DNA from: an uncultured Gemmatimonadales bacterium
Lineage (GTDB): Bacteria > Gemmatimonadota > Gemmatimonadetes > Gemmatimonadales > Gemmatimonadaceae
Assembly (NCBI GenBank): GCA_963793305.1
Contig: CAWBZV010000003.1
Location: forward strand, 96,001 to 160,000
DNA length: 64,000 nucleotides
Direction of reading: 5' to 3'
Shown one piece after another: positions 1-9,891 of this stretch. A program made the position numbers and the translations under genes. Position 1 is the first letter of the stretch. The number at the start of each line of letters is the position of its first letter. The notes beneath the pieces were generated by a model. It searched no databases and had not been told where the DNA came from. It worked only from the letters and a program-made list of their open reading frames with translations.

Positions 1-818
1 GCCGCTGCACATACCCGGCAGCCACGCGGCGTTCACACAAGCGCAGGCCAACTACCCGTTCTTCGTGATGGACTGGTTTCCCGATGCCCATCCGCCGATG
101 CCGGAACGTCGTCGCGCGAGGCCGGAAGCCGTCCGTTCTCGCCTGCGGCTACTGCCACCTGGCCGACGGCGCCGGGCGACCCGAGAACGCGATGGTCGCC
201 GGATTGTCGGCCGACTATATCATGGCTCAGGTGGCAGATATGAAATCGGGCGCGCGAAAGAGCGCGTTAGGCGGCACGGATATCAACACGGTGCCGGCCG
301 CGCGCATGGCGGACATTGCCCGCGCCGCGACGCCCGACGAAGTCGCACGGGCCGCGCGCTATTTCGCGACGCTCAAGCCGCGCCAGCGTGGACGAGTCGT
401 CGAGGCCACCGAGATCCCGAAAACCATCATCGGCCGCGGTCTCTTCTTCCGTGCGCCTGACGGCGGAGTGGAGCCGCTCGGACAGCGACTGATCGAAATC
501 CCCGAGGACGCCGAGCGGCACGAACGACATGATCCGTATGTCGCTTACACGACCTACGTGCCCCGCGGCAGCATCGCTCATGGACAGACGCTCGCGGGGA
601 CGGTCTGTTCGAGTTGCCATGGCCCGGAGCTCCGCGGCGTCGCGCCGGTGCCAGCGATCGCGGGCCGGTCGCCATCCTACATTCTGCGACAGCTGCTGGC
701 CTTCAACGCGGGCACGCGGTCGTCAGCCGCTGGCGCGCCGATGCGAGCGATCGCGACGACGCTCAGCCTGGACGACATGATCGCGGCCGCCGCCTACGCG
801 GGCACGCTCGCGCCGTGA
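1..818 (+). CDS. Di-heme c-type cytochrome (c4/c553-like); 5' end outside window; +1 frameshift near 105
   Basis: Two CxxCH motifs (CGYCH, CSSCH) and a PAIAGRSPSYILRQL segment. The upstream frame (...DWFPDAHPPMP) joins the main frame if one base near 105 is removed. Confidence 0.85.
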
Positions 819-1510
819 AAGAAGCGAGTAAGACCAACCGGGTTCGCGACGATGCGTTTCGGGCGCGCTACTTCGCGGGTACCGTGCTCGATATCGGCTC
901 GGGACCGGATCCGGTCGTGCCGCACGCGCAGCCGTTCGACCGCGAGCACGGCGATGCCAACGAGATTGCGCGATATCTCGCGGGGGCCGAGTTCGACTGC
1001 GTGCACAGCTCCCATTGTCTCGAGCACATGAACGACCCGAGACAGGCGGTGGCGCAGTGGTGGAGTCTCGTCCGGCCCGGCGGGCATCTCATCGTCATCG
1101 TGCCCGATGAAGCGCTCTACGAGCAGGGGTTCTGGCCGTCGCAGTTCAACGTCGAGCACACGGCCACGTTTCGGATCGAAGGACCGCCGCGCTCACCGGT
1201 CTCGCACGATCTTCGCTCGTTACTCCTCTCGCTTCCGGGCGCCGAGTTAGTGGATATCTTCCGCCAGGATGACGGCTACGATCATCGCTTGCGCTGGTCG
1301 GGGCCGCCGGCGTTGGGCCGGGCGCTGTTGTGGGTCGACAAATATCGCCGCCGTCGGTTCCGCCATCACCAGGGCGATGGGCTGACGCGCGCCTGGACCG
1401 ATGTCGCGCGGTGGCTGCACACGCCCGTCGATCAGACGCGGAACAATGCGCTGGCGCAGATTCAAGCCATTGTTCACAAAGCGAGCGAGAGGGCTGCCGA
1501 GAGGAGATAA
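815..1510 (+). CDS. Class I SAM-dependent methyltransferase
   Basis: VLDIGSG SAM-binding motif, FDCVHSSHCLEH and LVRPGGHLI. GTG at 815 overlaps the upstream TGA (GTGA). Confidence 0.8.
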   Translation: MKEASKTNRVRDDAFRARYFAGTVLDIGSGPDPVVPHAQPFDREHGDANEIARYLAGAEFDCVHSSHCLEHMNDPRQAVAQWWSLVRPGGHLIVIVPDEALYEQGFWPSQFNVEHTATFRIEGPPRSPVSHDLRSLLLSLPGAELVDIFRQDDGYDHRLRWSGPPALGRALLWVDKYRRRRFRHHQGDGLTRAWTDVARWLHTPVDQTRNNALAQIQAIVHKASERAAERR

Positions 1511-2676
1511 AGAACGCCGGCGACCGCCAAACCGCGTTGCTGCATCACGCCGGTGATGTACGGTCCCGCGAATCCGCCGATGTTCGACACTGACGCAATG
1601 ACCGCAATGGCGGCGGCCGCCGCGTAGCCGGACAGGAACGCACCGGGCATGGTGAAGAAGATCGGCAAGAAGCTGTACGCTCCGATCGCGACGAGAGAGA
1701 AGAGGGCCAGTGTCTCGCCGGCCGAACGTGGCGCGCCGAGCAGCACCAACGCCAGGCCGCCGAGCGCGATCGACAGGGCCATGTGATAGCGGCGCTCGAG
1801 CGTGCGGTCGGAGTGCCGGCAGACGGCGATCATCACGCCGAGGCCCAGCACATTGGGCACAGTCACCAGGAAACCAATCGCCGTATTCGAGACTCCGGTG
1901 AATGTAGATTTGAAGATCTGTGGGAGCCAGAAGTTGAACGTGTACTGACCGAAGGCGTGGCAAAAACCCATGATGCTGAGCTGCGACACGCGGAGAATCG
2001 AGACCAGCGTTGGTGTCGCAGCAGCAACTTTCGCCCGGTCTTCTTGTTGAACCGCGTCTATGATCGTCCGCTGTTGCTCGGCGGTCAGAAACGCGGCATC
2101 CGCGGGACGGCTCGGGAGGAACTTGCTGGTCAGAAACGCGCCGATGATCGCGGGAAATCCTTCCAGCACAAAAAGCCATCGCCAGCTACTGAGCCCGAGC
2201 CAGTGCACATGATCCAGAATCATCCCTGACACCGGCGCCCCGAGGATGCTCGCCAGCGGGATGCCCATGAGGATGATCGCCGTCGCCCGTGCTTTCTCTC
2301 GTTGCCGAAACCAATACCCGAGATAGTGCACGATGCCGGGGAAATAGCCGGCTTCGGCGAGTCCGAGCGCAAACCGCGCCCAGTAGAGTTGCGATGCGGA
2401 TTGCACGAACCCGGTCAGCGTGGCGATCACGCCCCACGTGAGCAGGATTCTCGCCATCCACACCCGCGCGCCGATCTTGTGCAGGATGAGGTTACTGGGA
2501 ACCTCGAACAGAAAATATCCGAGGAAGAAAATCCCGGCCGCGAACCCGAACTGTTGCTTGGTGAGCCCCAACTCGGCGTTCATCGTGAGCGCCGCGAATC
2601 CGAGATTGATGCGGTCGATGAACGCGACGACGTAGAGCGTGAGGAGGAAGGGCAGCAGCTTCCTCTGGAGATTCAA
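1474..2676 (-). CDS. MFS transporter (anion:cation symporter-like)
   Basis: DRINLGFA, EVPSN, AEAGYFPG and WRWLFVLEG motifs; many hydrophobic helices. Confidence 0.9.
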   Translation of the reverse strand: MNLQRKLLPFLLTLYVVAFIDRINLGFAALTMNAELGLTKQQFGFAAGIFFLGYFLFEVPSNLILHKIGARVWMARILLTWGVIATLTGFVQSASQLYWARFALGLAEAGYFPGIVHYLGYWFRQREKARATAIILMGIPLASILGAPVSGMILDHVHWLGLSSWRWLFVLEGFPAIIGAFLTSKFLPSRPADAAFLTAEQQRTIIDAVQQEDRAKVAAATPTLVSILRVSQLSIMGFCHAFGQYTFNFWLPQIFKSTFTGVSNTAIGFLVTVPNVLGLGVMIAVCRHSDRTLERRYHMALSIALGGLALVLLGAPRSAGETLALFSLVAIGAYSFLPIFFTMPGAFLSGYAAAAAIAVIASVSNIGGFAGPYITGVMQQRGLAVAGVLYLLSAALSLAL

Positions 2677-2735
2677 TGGAGAATCCCGCCAAGCGCAACG
2701 GCCATGAGCGCGAGTCTCATGGCCGTCACCATAGC

Positions 2736-3230
2736 TCAGTTACCGGTGAACGGGCGATCGTCTTCGACCGCGTCGATGATCGGGCCTTCATCGAGCGGCT
2801 CGAACGCCGCCGTCACGGCGATTGCCTCAGCGTCCGTGGGAACCCGCCGCGGCTCCTTGCCGATCCGCGAACGCCGCGCGTCCGCGATGCCGTCCGCGGG
2901 CAGGCGATGGATCGTGACGACGTCGTCGGCATCGTCCAAGTGGGCCACGCTGATCGGGACGAGCAACCACTCCTCGTCATCCCCGCTCCGAAACTCGCGA
3001 GCGACTTTCATCTCCAGATACTTCACGACCAGGTTGTCGGTATCCACGACCAGGTCGTCGACCTTCCCCACGGTCTGGCCGTCGCGAAGCTTGACCGTCC
3101 ATCCGCGGATGTCCGGAGCCGGGTCCTCGATCTGGTAATCCGTGAGTGCGCTCAAGTGGGCGAGCTCGCCGGGTTCGACGCTCGCGTCGTCGTCTTTGGG
3201 AAAGAGGCGGATCGTTTTCGGGGTGTCCAT
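2736..3230 (-). CDS. PRC-barrel domain protein
   Basis: DIRGWTV..DGQTVGKVDDLVVD...LLVPI pattern. Confidence 0.8.
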   Translation of the reverse strand: MDTPKTIRLFPKDDDASVEPGELAHLSALTDYQIEDPAPDIRGWTVKLRDGQTVGKVDDLVVDTDNLVVKYLEMKVAREFRSGDDEEWLLVPISVAHLDDADDVVTIHRLPADGIADARRSRIGKEPRRVPTDAEAIAVTAAFEPLDEGPIIDAVEDDRPFTGN

Positions 3231-3313
3231 TGGCAGCTCTCCTCGCTCGTTTTCGTTCTTCTACGCATGGACGGAAAAATAGGCCGGCGCCGATCGCGAG
3301 CGCACTCGACCAT

Positions 3314-4529
3314 TCAGGGCACGCGAATGAACCGATATTCGTTGAACCAGAACGAGGTGACGTTATCGCTGGCGCTGCCGGGATCGACGTAGAAGCTGGC
3401 GCGCTTGGCGCGGCCGTTGTCGTACGTGAGCTCGAGGCTGTAGTGCTTGACTCGGTACGTCCCCGCGCCGGGCGCGCCGTCATCGAGATCGTAGCGACCG
3501 CCGGCGAAGTTCTGGACGAAGGCTGCTTTGAATATGCCTTCGTCCTTGAACCGCCCATCAGGCAGAAAGGTGATCCCTTGCTGCGCGCCGGGCGACAACG
3601 TCTGATAGTCGTCGCGCCGAAACGTCCCGGTGAGCTTCGCGCCGTCGCCCGATTCCATCTTATGGTAGGAGTCACCGTGGATCTCGAGGCGATCGGCGTA
3701 CTCGTGGATGTCCCACGTGATCGTCGTCCGATCGGCAATGTTCGCACGGAGAAACGTGATCGTGCCGACATCTCCATTCATCTCGTAGCTGCCCCACCCG
3801 GTCACGTGGTACCGAATCTCGCTGTCCTCATCGAGATCGTCCATGCCGCGATCGGGTATGCCTTCCTGACACGGGCATCGGGAAAGAAGGTCATGTACTT
3901 AGCACCGATGTGATGCACCCCGCCCGGCCCTACCGGTAGCAGGTCCTTCTGCCCCACGGCTCGATACACGCATCGAATTTGCCGGTCGCTCTCGGCAGCG
4001 TAGCATTCGTCACAAACCCGGCTGCATCGTGCGTCGGCCCGCCACCGGAACCAAACCTCAAGCTCCGCATAAAATCCCCAAGCGCGCGTTGCCCGGCCGC
4101 ATACACGTCGCTCCGAAAATCCGTCGTCACATACGTGACGGTCTCGAATCGCGCCCCATAGATGGTGCCGACCGTCGCGACATCATACCGCTGCCCTGCA
4201 CGATCAACGAGCGACGCGGTCGTATACACGCCGTCAAATCCGCCCTCAAATCGCTAGGCTGCAACCTGTCCACCTTGCGCCACGCGCTCGCCTTGCGTGA
4301 TATGACTCCACACGCTTTGCAGCGCCGCGCGCGCATCGGCGTTCGCCCCAACGGGTGTCGCCGAGAGCACGATGTACGTGACGGCCCGTCCCGTATTGCT
4401 GGGTGACGCGAGGAACGTGCTGTCACCGTGATCGTGACGTCCCCAGCCGCCGGGTATACGGAACACGAAATCGCCGACTTGTGTCTCTTGCGCCTGCGCG
4501 AAGCCAAGCAAAAACATGAGCATTCGCAT
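3314..4529 (-). CDS. Secreted hypothetical protein, interrupted (in-frame TAG at 4254-4256; indels near 3970 and 3870)
   Basis: ORFs 4254..4529 and 3930..4229 share a frame across a TAG. The protein continues as VYRAVGQKD...YMTFFPD and then into 3314..3844 after two single-base corrections. Signal-peptide-like N-terminus. Confidence 0.6.
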
Positions 4530-4578
4530 GCGAGACGAACGCCGCCGGCGGTTTCAAATTCTCACTGCAACGCCGATC

Positions 4579-4610
4579 CAGAGGCGCGGGCCGGAATCGA
4601 ACCGGCGAAT
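4579..4610. repeat. 32-bp direct repeat of the tRNA-Cys 3' end (att-like site)
   Basis: cagaggcgcgggccggaatcgaaccggcgaat is identical at 4579-4610 and 6939-6970. Confidence 0.95.
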
Positions 4611-4644
4611 GGCTTTGACAAGTGTCCAGGGCGAGCGCGTAGTA

Positions 4645-4700
4645 TTGCGCACCCCGCTCAGTGTGTGTATGATAATCCACGAAATAACCGTGGATTATCA
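4645..4700 (+). promoter_or_regulatory. Sigma70-like promoter overlapped by a perfect 12-7-12 inverted repeat (putative operator)
   Basis: TTGCGC (4645-4650), 17 bp, TATGAT (4668-4673). Inverted repeat tgataatccacg-aaataac-cgtggattatca at 4670-4700, 11 bp before the GTG at 4712. Confidence 0.65.
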
Positions 4701-4711
4701 ACGATCTCATA

Positions 4712-5995
4712 GTGGCAGAGTCTAACCCCTCCCCCGATACAATCTTAGCCCGCGCGGTCGCGCCGTTATTCGATCGCGCCCTCGATGCGGTACGCGTGGT
4801 TGTCGTCACGGGCCCTCGTCAGGTTGGCAAAAGCACCTTCGTTCGCACGCATCCCCGCACCGCCGATCGCCCGTACCTGACGCTCGATGACGCAGCCACC
4901 CGCCTGCGAGCACGAGACGATCCGCGGGCGTTCGTGCGCAGCGAACGAATGCTCACCATCGATGAGATCCAGCGTGATCCCGAGTTGATTCTGGCCATCA
5001 AGACCGTCGTCGACACTCAGCGGCCGGCGATACGCGGCCAGTTCGTATTGACGGGATCGGCGAACCTGTTGCTGATGCAGCGGGTAGCGGACTCTCTTGC
5101 CGGGCGTGCCTACTATACCCGACTCTGGCCGCTGACTCGCCGCGAACAACGCGGTCTCGGCACAACTGGCATCTGGAGCACCTTTTTCGACACACCGGCC
5201 GGCGAGTGGCGCGATCGATTGCGCGCGGAGACCGACGCCACGGGAGCAATGGAGGAACCGTGGCCGGCGGCGGTCCGGCGCGGTGGTTTTCCCGAACCCG
5301 CGCACGAGATAACCGACGATGCAGCGCGCGAATTATGGGCCGACGGGTACATCACGACGTATCTCGAACGCGATTTGCGTGATCTCAGGGCGGTCGAACG
5401 GGTCGGCGACGTGCAACGGCTCATGCGGGCCGCCGCCTTGCGTGTCGGTAACCTGTTGAACCAGACCGAGCTCGCTCGGGATACGGGTATGCCGCCTACG
5501 ACCGTGCACGACTATCTCAACATTCTCGAGACATCATATCAGATCGTGCGACTCACGCCCTACACGGTGAATCGCACATCCCGTTTAATCAAGACGCCCA
5601 AACTCTATTGGAACGACGCGGCACTGGCGCTGCGGCTCGCCGGCGGTCAGCCCACAGGCGCGCATCTAGAGAACCTCGTACTGAGCGATCTCCTTGCCTG
5701 GCGAGACTCCGTGCTGCCCGGCACGACCGGTCTCCGCGCACGTCCACCGGAGGTCACCTACTGGCGCACAGCGGCCGGCCGGGAGGTCGACTTCGTGCTG
5801 GAGTGGGGCGACCACCTAGTTGCGGTCGAAGTGAAGGCCACCACCAATCCCGGAACGCGCAATGTCGCGGGCCTGGCGGCGTTCTGCGCTGAATATGGCA
5901 AGCGCGTACGGGGTGGCCTACTGCTGCACGGGGGAACCGAGACTTTCAGTCTGGGCGACCGAGTTGTTGCGACTCCCTGGTGGCGCGTACTATAG
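4712..5995 (+). CDS. AAA+ ATPase, AAA_14 + DUF4143 type, with C-terminal PD-(D/E)XK-like domain
   Basis: Walker A GPRQVGKS, Walker B LTIDEIQ, LTGS, SLAGR, GGFP, KTPKLY and YWRT...EVDFV...VEVK. Confidence 0.92.
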   Translation: MAESNPSPDTILARAVAPLFDRALDAVRVVVVTGPRQVGKSTFVRTHPRTADRPYLTLDDAATRLRARDDPRAFVRSERMLTIDEIQRDPELILAIKTVVDTQRPAIRGQFVLTGSANLLLMQRVADSLAGRAYYTRLWPLTRREQRGLGTTGIWSTFFDTPAGEWRDRLRAETDATGAMEEPWPAAVRRGGFPEPAHEITDDAARELWADGYITTYLERDLRDLRAVERVGDVQRLMRAAALRVGNLLNQTELARDTGMPPTTVHDYLNILETSYQIVRLTPYTVNRTSRLIKTPKLYWNDAALALRLAGGQPTGAHLENLVLSDLLAWRDSVLPGTTGLRARPPEVTYWRTAAGREVDFVLEWGDHLVAVEVKATTNPGTRNVAGLAAFCAEYGKRVRGGLLLHGGTETFSLGDRVVATPWWRVL

Positions 5996-6220
5996 CGTCG
6001 GCGGCGCGTAAGTCGCTCGCCGAGCGGGACGGAATGTAGAGCAACCAGTTTCTCGCGACGGGAGCTGCGGAAACGGTAGCCCCATTGGATGCCGAGGAAT
6101 ACCCGGCAGCTCGTGCTCCGGAGGGGAACACGGTGCACAATGTCTGGAGCTTGTGCGTTCAAAGCCCTACTGGTTACGCGTTTTCAGAGACACGAAACCA
6201 GCCTTGGTGATCGCTGACGG

Positions 6221-6865
6221 ATGTCATATTTCTGCCTGCTGGTGTCAGCAATCCTACCTTGTCGGCGGATTGAACGGGCACAAGAATTGGTTCACGATGC
6301 CTTCGCGGACACTGAAACTCAAAAAGAGAGACCATCTGACACTGCGCAGCTCGGCGCTGCGGGTGAGTACTATGTCATGTCACAGCTGTTACGCCGAGGA
6401 TTCATTGCCGCGCTCGCGCCACGAGGAGTACCTGATGCAGACATCATCGTATCCAATCAAGCGGGAGACCAGCTTTTCTCGATACAGGTCAAGACTCGGC
6501 GAGATATAGGAGCCGATGGCGGCTGGCACATGAAGAAGAAACACGAGGACATCCGCCGCGACCGGTTATTTTATTGCTTCGTCGATTTCGGAAAATCATT
6601 GAGTGATCCGGCGAGCGTTCATATTGTGCCGAGTGCCGCAGTCGCCACCGTACTGGCGGAGTCGCATCAGCAATGGCTGAACAGTCCCGGTAAACGCGGC
6701 CACGTTAGAAAAGATGGCGTAATGCGTCGTTTCCGACCGAGCTACGGTAACCTGTTTGGCGCTAGTGACACACGCTATCAGCGCGGTTGGCTGGACCAAT
6801 ACCGAGATGCGTGGTCTTTACTATCAGGAACGAGTCCTGTTATCAGCGGGGCTCGCCGGTCCTAG
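6221..6865 (+). CDS. Putative PD-(D/E)XK-superfamily endonuclease; start uncertain, probably further downstream
   Basis: GAAGEYYV...LLRRG...DADIIV...IQVKT gives an E...D...QxK catalytic arrangement. Confidence 0.65.
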   Translation: MSYFCLLVSAILPCRRIERAQELVHDAFADTETQKERPSDTAQLGAAGEYYVMSQLLRRGFIAALAPRGVPDADIIVSNQAGDQLFSIQVKTRRDIGADGGWHMKKKHEDIRRDRLFYCFVDFGKSLSDPASVHIVPSAAVATVLAESHQQWLNSPGKRGHVRKDGVMRRFRPSYGNLFGASDTRYQRGWLDQYRDAWSLLSGTSPVISGARRS

Positions 6866-6895
6866 GCTAGACAATAGGCACTGGGACCCGCTATG

Positions 6896-6937
6896 AGAAA
6901 AAAGGGAGCGCGGTCGCGGCGCTATCATCTGTCCCCT
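6896..6937 (-). terminator. Probable intrinsic terminator after tRNA-Cys
   Basis: On the minus strand, imperfect GC hairpin agcgccg-cgac-cgcgct followed by ccctttttt. Confidence 0.45.
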
Positions 6938-6941
6938 TCAG

Positions 6942-7013
6942 AGGCGCGGGCCGGAATCGAACCGGCGAATAGCGGTTTTGCAGACCGCTGCCTTACCACT
7001 TGGCTACCGCGCC
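6942..7013 (-). tRNA. tRNA-Cys(GCA); CCA not encoded
   Basis: Reverse complement GGCGCGGTAGCCAAGTGGTAAGGCAGCGGTCTGCAAAACCGCTATTCGCCGGTTCGATTCCGGCCCGCGCCT: acceptor stem, GCA anticodon, TTCGA T-loop and U discriminator. Confidence 0.97.
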
Positions 7014-7085
7014 AGAAACAGCCCGTAAGCTATTCTTGCTGACGACTTGAACAAGTCGGCCGGGACCGGCGTGAGACGCGTGCGA

Positions 7086-7944
7086 TCAGCCGCCGAACAC
7101 GACGGGGATCACGATCAGGAATTTCACCGGGCATCCGCCGAGAGAGGCCGGCGACATTCGCATGTCGGCGAGCGCCGCTCGTGTAGGACCTAGCATGTCC
7201 GCCTGCTTGGCGTTGACCTCAACGCTCGCCGCGCGCCCCTCCTCGTCGATCACGACCCACGCGTCGACCGTACCCCGATAGCCGCGCGGCGTGCCCGGGC
7301 GGATCAGCTTGGGCGGCGGCAGCTGCCGGCCAGACCGGCACGGTGAGCGAATCCAAGTTGACCGTGTGCGGGCCATGGTGCTTGCTGAGCACGACCTTGA
7401 GGCTATCCGGCATCGGATGCGCCGCATCGTACGTATGCCCGTCCGGCGTGGTGAGCTTACCACCCATGGCCGGCGGCGACGTGTGCGTGTTGAGGCTCAC
7501 GAGCATCGTGAGCTTGACCTAGCGGCCGAGCATCTGCGGCGGCACCGCGGCGAGTGCGTTGGTGAACGCGGAGTCCAGACCGCGCGAGAGCGTCGACTGC
7601 TCGACCTTGATGCTTCCGACCTTCCCATCTTTCTCGATCGTGAACGCGAAGTTGCCGTGGACGTACGGGATCGACAGCCCTGGCGTTATCATCCACGCAG
7701 GAATCGAGACAGGACTCGGCAACCTGAGCACCGCTTTGATGGCCGCGCCGAGAGAGTCAGCCGCGTCGGTGGTGAGACTGTCACCAGCGTTGGGCGTCGT
7801 GAACCGCGCGTTGATCGCGCCCAGCTGGGAGTCAGCCGCCGGCGGCGCACCGTGGCAATCCTGCGCGGATGCCTGAGCGCCGGCGAGTGTACCGCACACG
7901 ATAATTGAGGCGGCAACTTTCCGTGGGCCACGTAGTGCGCTCAC
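7086..7944 (-). CDS. Protein with two TonB C-terminal-like domains, interrupted (TAG at 7519-7521; frameshift near 7330)
   Basis: FTIEKDGKVGSIKVEQS and GTVDAWVVIDEEGRA...MRMSPA..GGCPVK motifs. ORFs 7519..7944 and 7219..7506 share a frame across the TAG. Confidence 0.6.
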
Positions 7945-8617
7945 CGCTATTCACCTCGTCCTGCCCGATGGTCAGGCTTACACCGTTTACCGTCACCTGC
8001 ATACTCACCGAATCGGTGGAGTCAAACACCGCGAATCGCAGCGCCATAGTCGCTTGGATCTGCATCAACTGACACGGATCGCCACTGTACTTGGTGACAT
8101 TGGAGCCAACCAAACCGGGGATCAAGTTGCAGGCGCCGCCCAGCTGCTTTGTGCTCGCTGTCACCGGCCCCGATCCCGGCCACGGTAACGCGTTTCCGCC
8201 ACCCACGGACAGATAGCCCGTTGTCAGATCCGGGGGCGGAGGGAATCCGTCCGATTGCTCGGCGACCACCATTGTATTGAAGCTCGCATCGGGCGACGCG
8301 ACGACGAAATAGATGTCCGTTCTGTTGCCCAGCGTGTCCTGACCCACGAGGTCCGCGCCGAACGCAATCCACGATTGCGGCTTGCCGTTGTACGTGACGC
8401 TGACCGCGACCGGTGTCGCACCGAATGCAGGGCCGAGCTCCGCAAATCGAAGCACGTCGTACCCCTCGGTGTTCTGCTCCGCCAGCGCCTCTGCGTAGAG
8501 GCTGTCGAGCCGGCGTGCGACCGCAGCAGCAGATGGCAAAGGCCGAGGAGCGGTCGCATCGTGACTGCACGCCGCGATGAACATGCCTAGCATCGGCAGG
8601 CAGCAGTTTGCGCGCAT
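7832..8617 (-). CDS. Hypothetical lipoprotein; 3' end uncertain
   Basis: Lipobox-like FIAA-C after a short hydrophobic leader. The long overlap with the next gene suggests a 3' indel. Confidence 0.55.
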   Translation of the reverse strand: MRANCCLPMLGMFIAACSHDATAPRPLPSAAAVARRLDSLYAEALAEQNTEGYDVLRFAELGPAFGATPVAVSVTYNGKPQSWIAFGADLVGQDTLGNRTDIYFVVASPDASFNTMVVAEQSDGFPPPPDLTTGYLSVGGGNALPWPGSGPVTASTKQLGGACNLIPGLVGSNVTKYSGDPCQLMQIQATMALRFAVFDSTDSVSMQVTVNGVSLTIGQDEVNSGERTTWPTESCRLNYRVRYTRRRSGIRAGLPRCAAGG

Positions 8618-8695
8618 AAGAGGCCGTAAGTTATTTCTGCGGCGACACTTGAACAAGTAACGTTGCTGAGCGCCACGCGCGCGCGTCTCCTCACG

Positions 8696-9496
8696 ATGCC
8701 CGTCGCGAAGGCCGTTCGAGTGTCCGTGCTGATGGTCGTACTGGTGGTGGCCGCGGCGGCGCTACGGAACCACCGGCGCGCGGCGGCGAAGCATCCGCTG
8801 GTGCAGCTGACGCACGCGGACAGCGAACTCGTGGTCCAGGCATACGAGAACCAGGTCCAGTCCATGGGCTACCGGTACCCCGGACCGCCGCAGTGGCTGC
8901 GCGAGCTGCACCTGGAGAGACTGCGGCTGAATGCCCAGCAGCAGATCGCCACCGACAGCGCGCCGGCGGCAGCGTCCAGAGATCGGATCGACTCCATCGT
9001 CGACGCGGACGGCGACGGAACGTACATCAGGCGCGTGATCGCCGAGGGCGCGGGTAGCATCTCTCGCTGGCCCGACAACAAAGATACAGTCGCCGTCTGG
9101 ATCGCGGCCCATCAATATGCAGCGGTCGTGCGAACCTCGTTTCGCCGTTGGAACGAGGCCCAGGCTCCGGTGACCTACGTGATCGTCGACGACTCGACCA
9201 CGGCCGATGTACACGTCACGTGGGCCCAAACGCTCCCATTCCAGGGGGAGCTCGGCACCACGTTTCGGCTCACCGACAATGATGGCCGCATCCTCGTCGC
9301 GCACGTGCTGCTGCTATCCACGGCCCCCATCGAGGGTATCCAGAACGCCGCGTTGCACGAAGCAGGTCACGCCCTCGGTCTCGACCACTCGCCGAACCCG
9401 GACGACATCATGTCGAGCGCGGGGAACGGTAAGAAGTGGCAGTTGAGCGACGCCGACCTCAAGACGCTCCGCGTCCTGTACGAGATCCCGTTCTAG
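8696..9496 (+). CDS. Matrixin-family (M10) zinc metalloprotease
   Basis: HEAGHALGLDH metzincin motif followed by a DIM Met-turn; N-terminal membrane anchor. Confidence 0.88.
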   Translation: MPVAKAVRVSVLMVVLVVAAAALRNHRRAAAKHPLVQLTHADSELVVQAYENQVQSMGYRYPGPPQWLRELHLERLRLNAQQQIATDSAPAAASRDRIDSIVDADGDGTYIRRVIAEGAGSISRWPDNKDTVAVWIAAHQYAAVVRTSFRRWNEAQAPVTYVIVDDSTTADVHVTWAQTLPFQGELGTTFRLTDNDGRILVAHVLLLSTAPIEGIQNAALHEAGHALGLDHSPNPDDIMSSAGNGKKWQLSDADLKTLRVLYEIPF

Positions 9497-9891
9497 CGGA
9501 GCGTCGCCGCGAGCTTCTTGGGCGCCGCTCGCTTGTGGGCGGTGCGCAAGAGCTCCGTGACGACCTTCCAGTTCGGCCTCTTATCGAGCCAGACACCGAT
9601 CCAGCCGTAGGGCCCGACGTACGGCGGCACGAAAAACCGGCGCGGGTTCGAGCGCACCAGATACTCCTGGTCCATGTGCGAGCCCTTGCACCACACGGCC
9701 GGGTGGCCGTGGCCGTGATGGGTCTCTGCCGACGCATACATCGCGAAGATCTTATTGCGCACCCGAAACGTGGGCTCGCCCCACGTCTTGACCTCGTGCG
9801 ATTCGGGGAGCTTGCGGCAGATCGCGCGGAGCTGCGCCAACGGAGTTATTGGCGCAGCCCGGTGAGCATGACCTCTTGCTTGACCGGGCAC
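9493..9891 (-). CDS. MmcQ/YjbR-family protein; start uncertain, possibly TTG at 9840
   Basis: WGEPTFRVRNKIFA...FFVPPYVGPYGWIGV signature. Confidence 0.85.
   Translation of the reverse strand: MPGQARGHAHRAAPITPLAQLRAICRKLPESHEVKTWGEPTFRVRNKIFAMYASAETHHGHGHPAVWCKGSHMDQEYLVRSNPRRFFVPPYVGPYGWIGVWLDKRPNWKVVTELLRTAHKRAAPKKLAATLR

Larger units (their letters stand above)
4579..6970. mobile_element. tRNA-Cys-anchored genomic mini-island, no integrase visible
   Basis: Flanked by the 32-bp tRNA 3'-end duplication; carries ATPase/nuclease genes; right half visibly more AT-rich than the flanks. Confidence 0.75.

Noticed and set aside
4579..4610. Second tRNA gene
   Set aside because: Only the T-arm and 3' acceptor half are present; similarity ends before the anticodon loop.
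5996..6220. Integrase remnant inside the island
   Set aside because: No recognisable R...HxxR...Y tyrosine-recombinase motif in any short frame; a profile search would be needed to exclude it fully.
4254..7521. Genome-wide TAG recoding or pyrrolysine readthrough
   Set aside because: TAG terminates clear genes normally (ends at 5995, 9496, 15529, 23843, 51956) and no pyl genes are visible.
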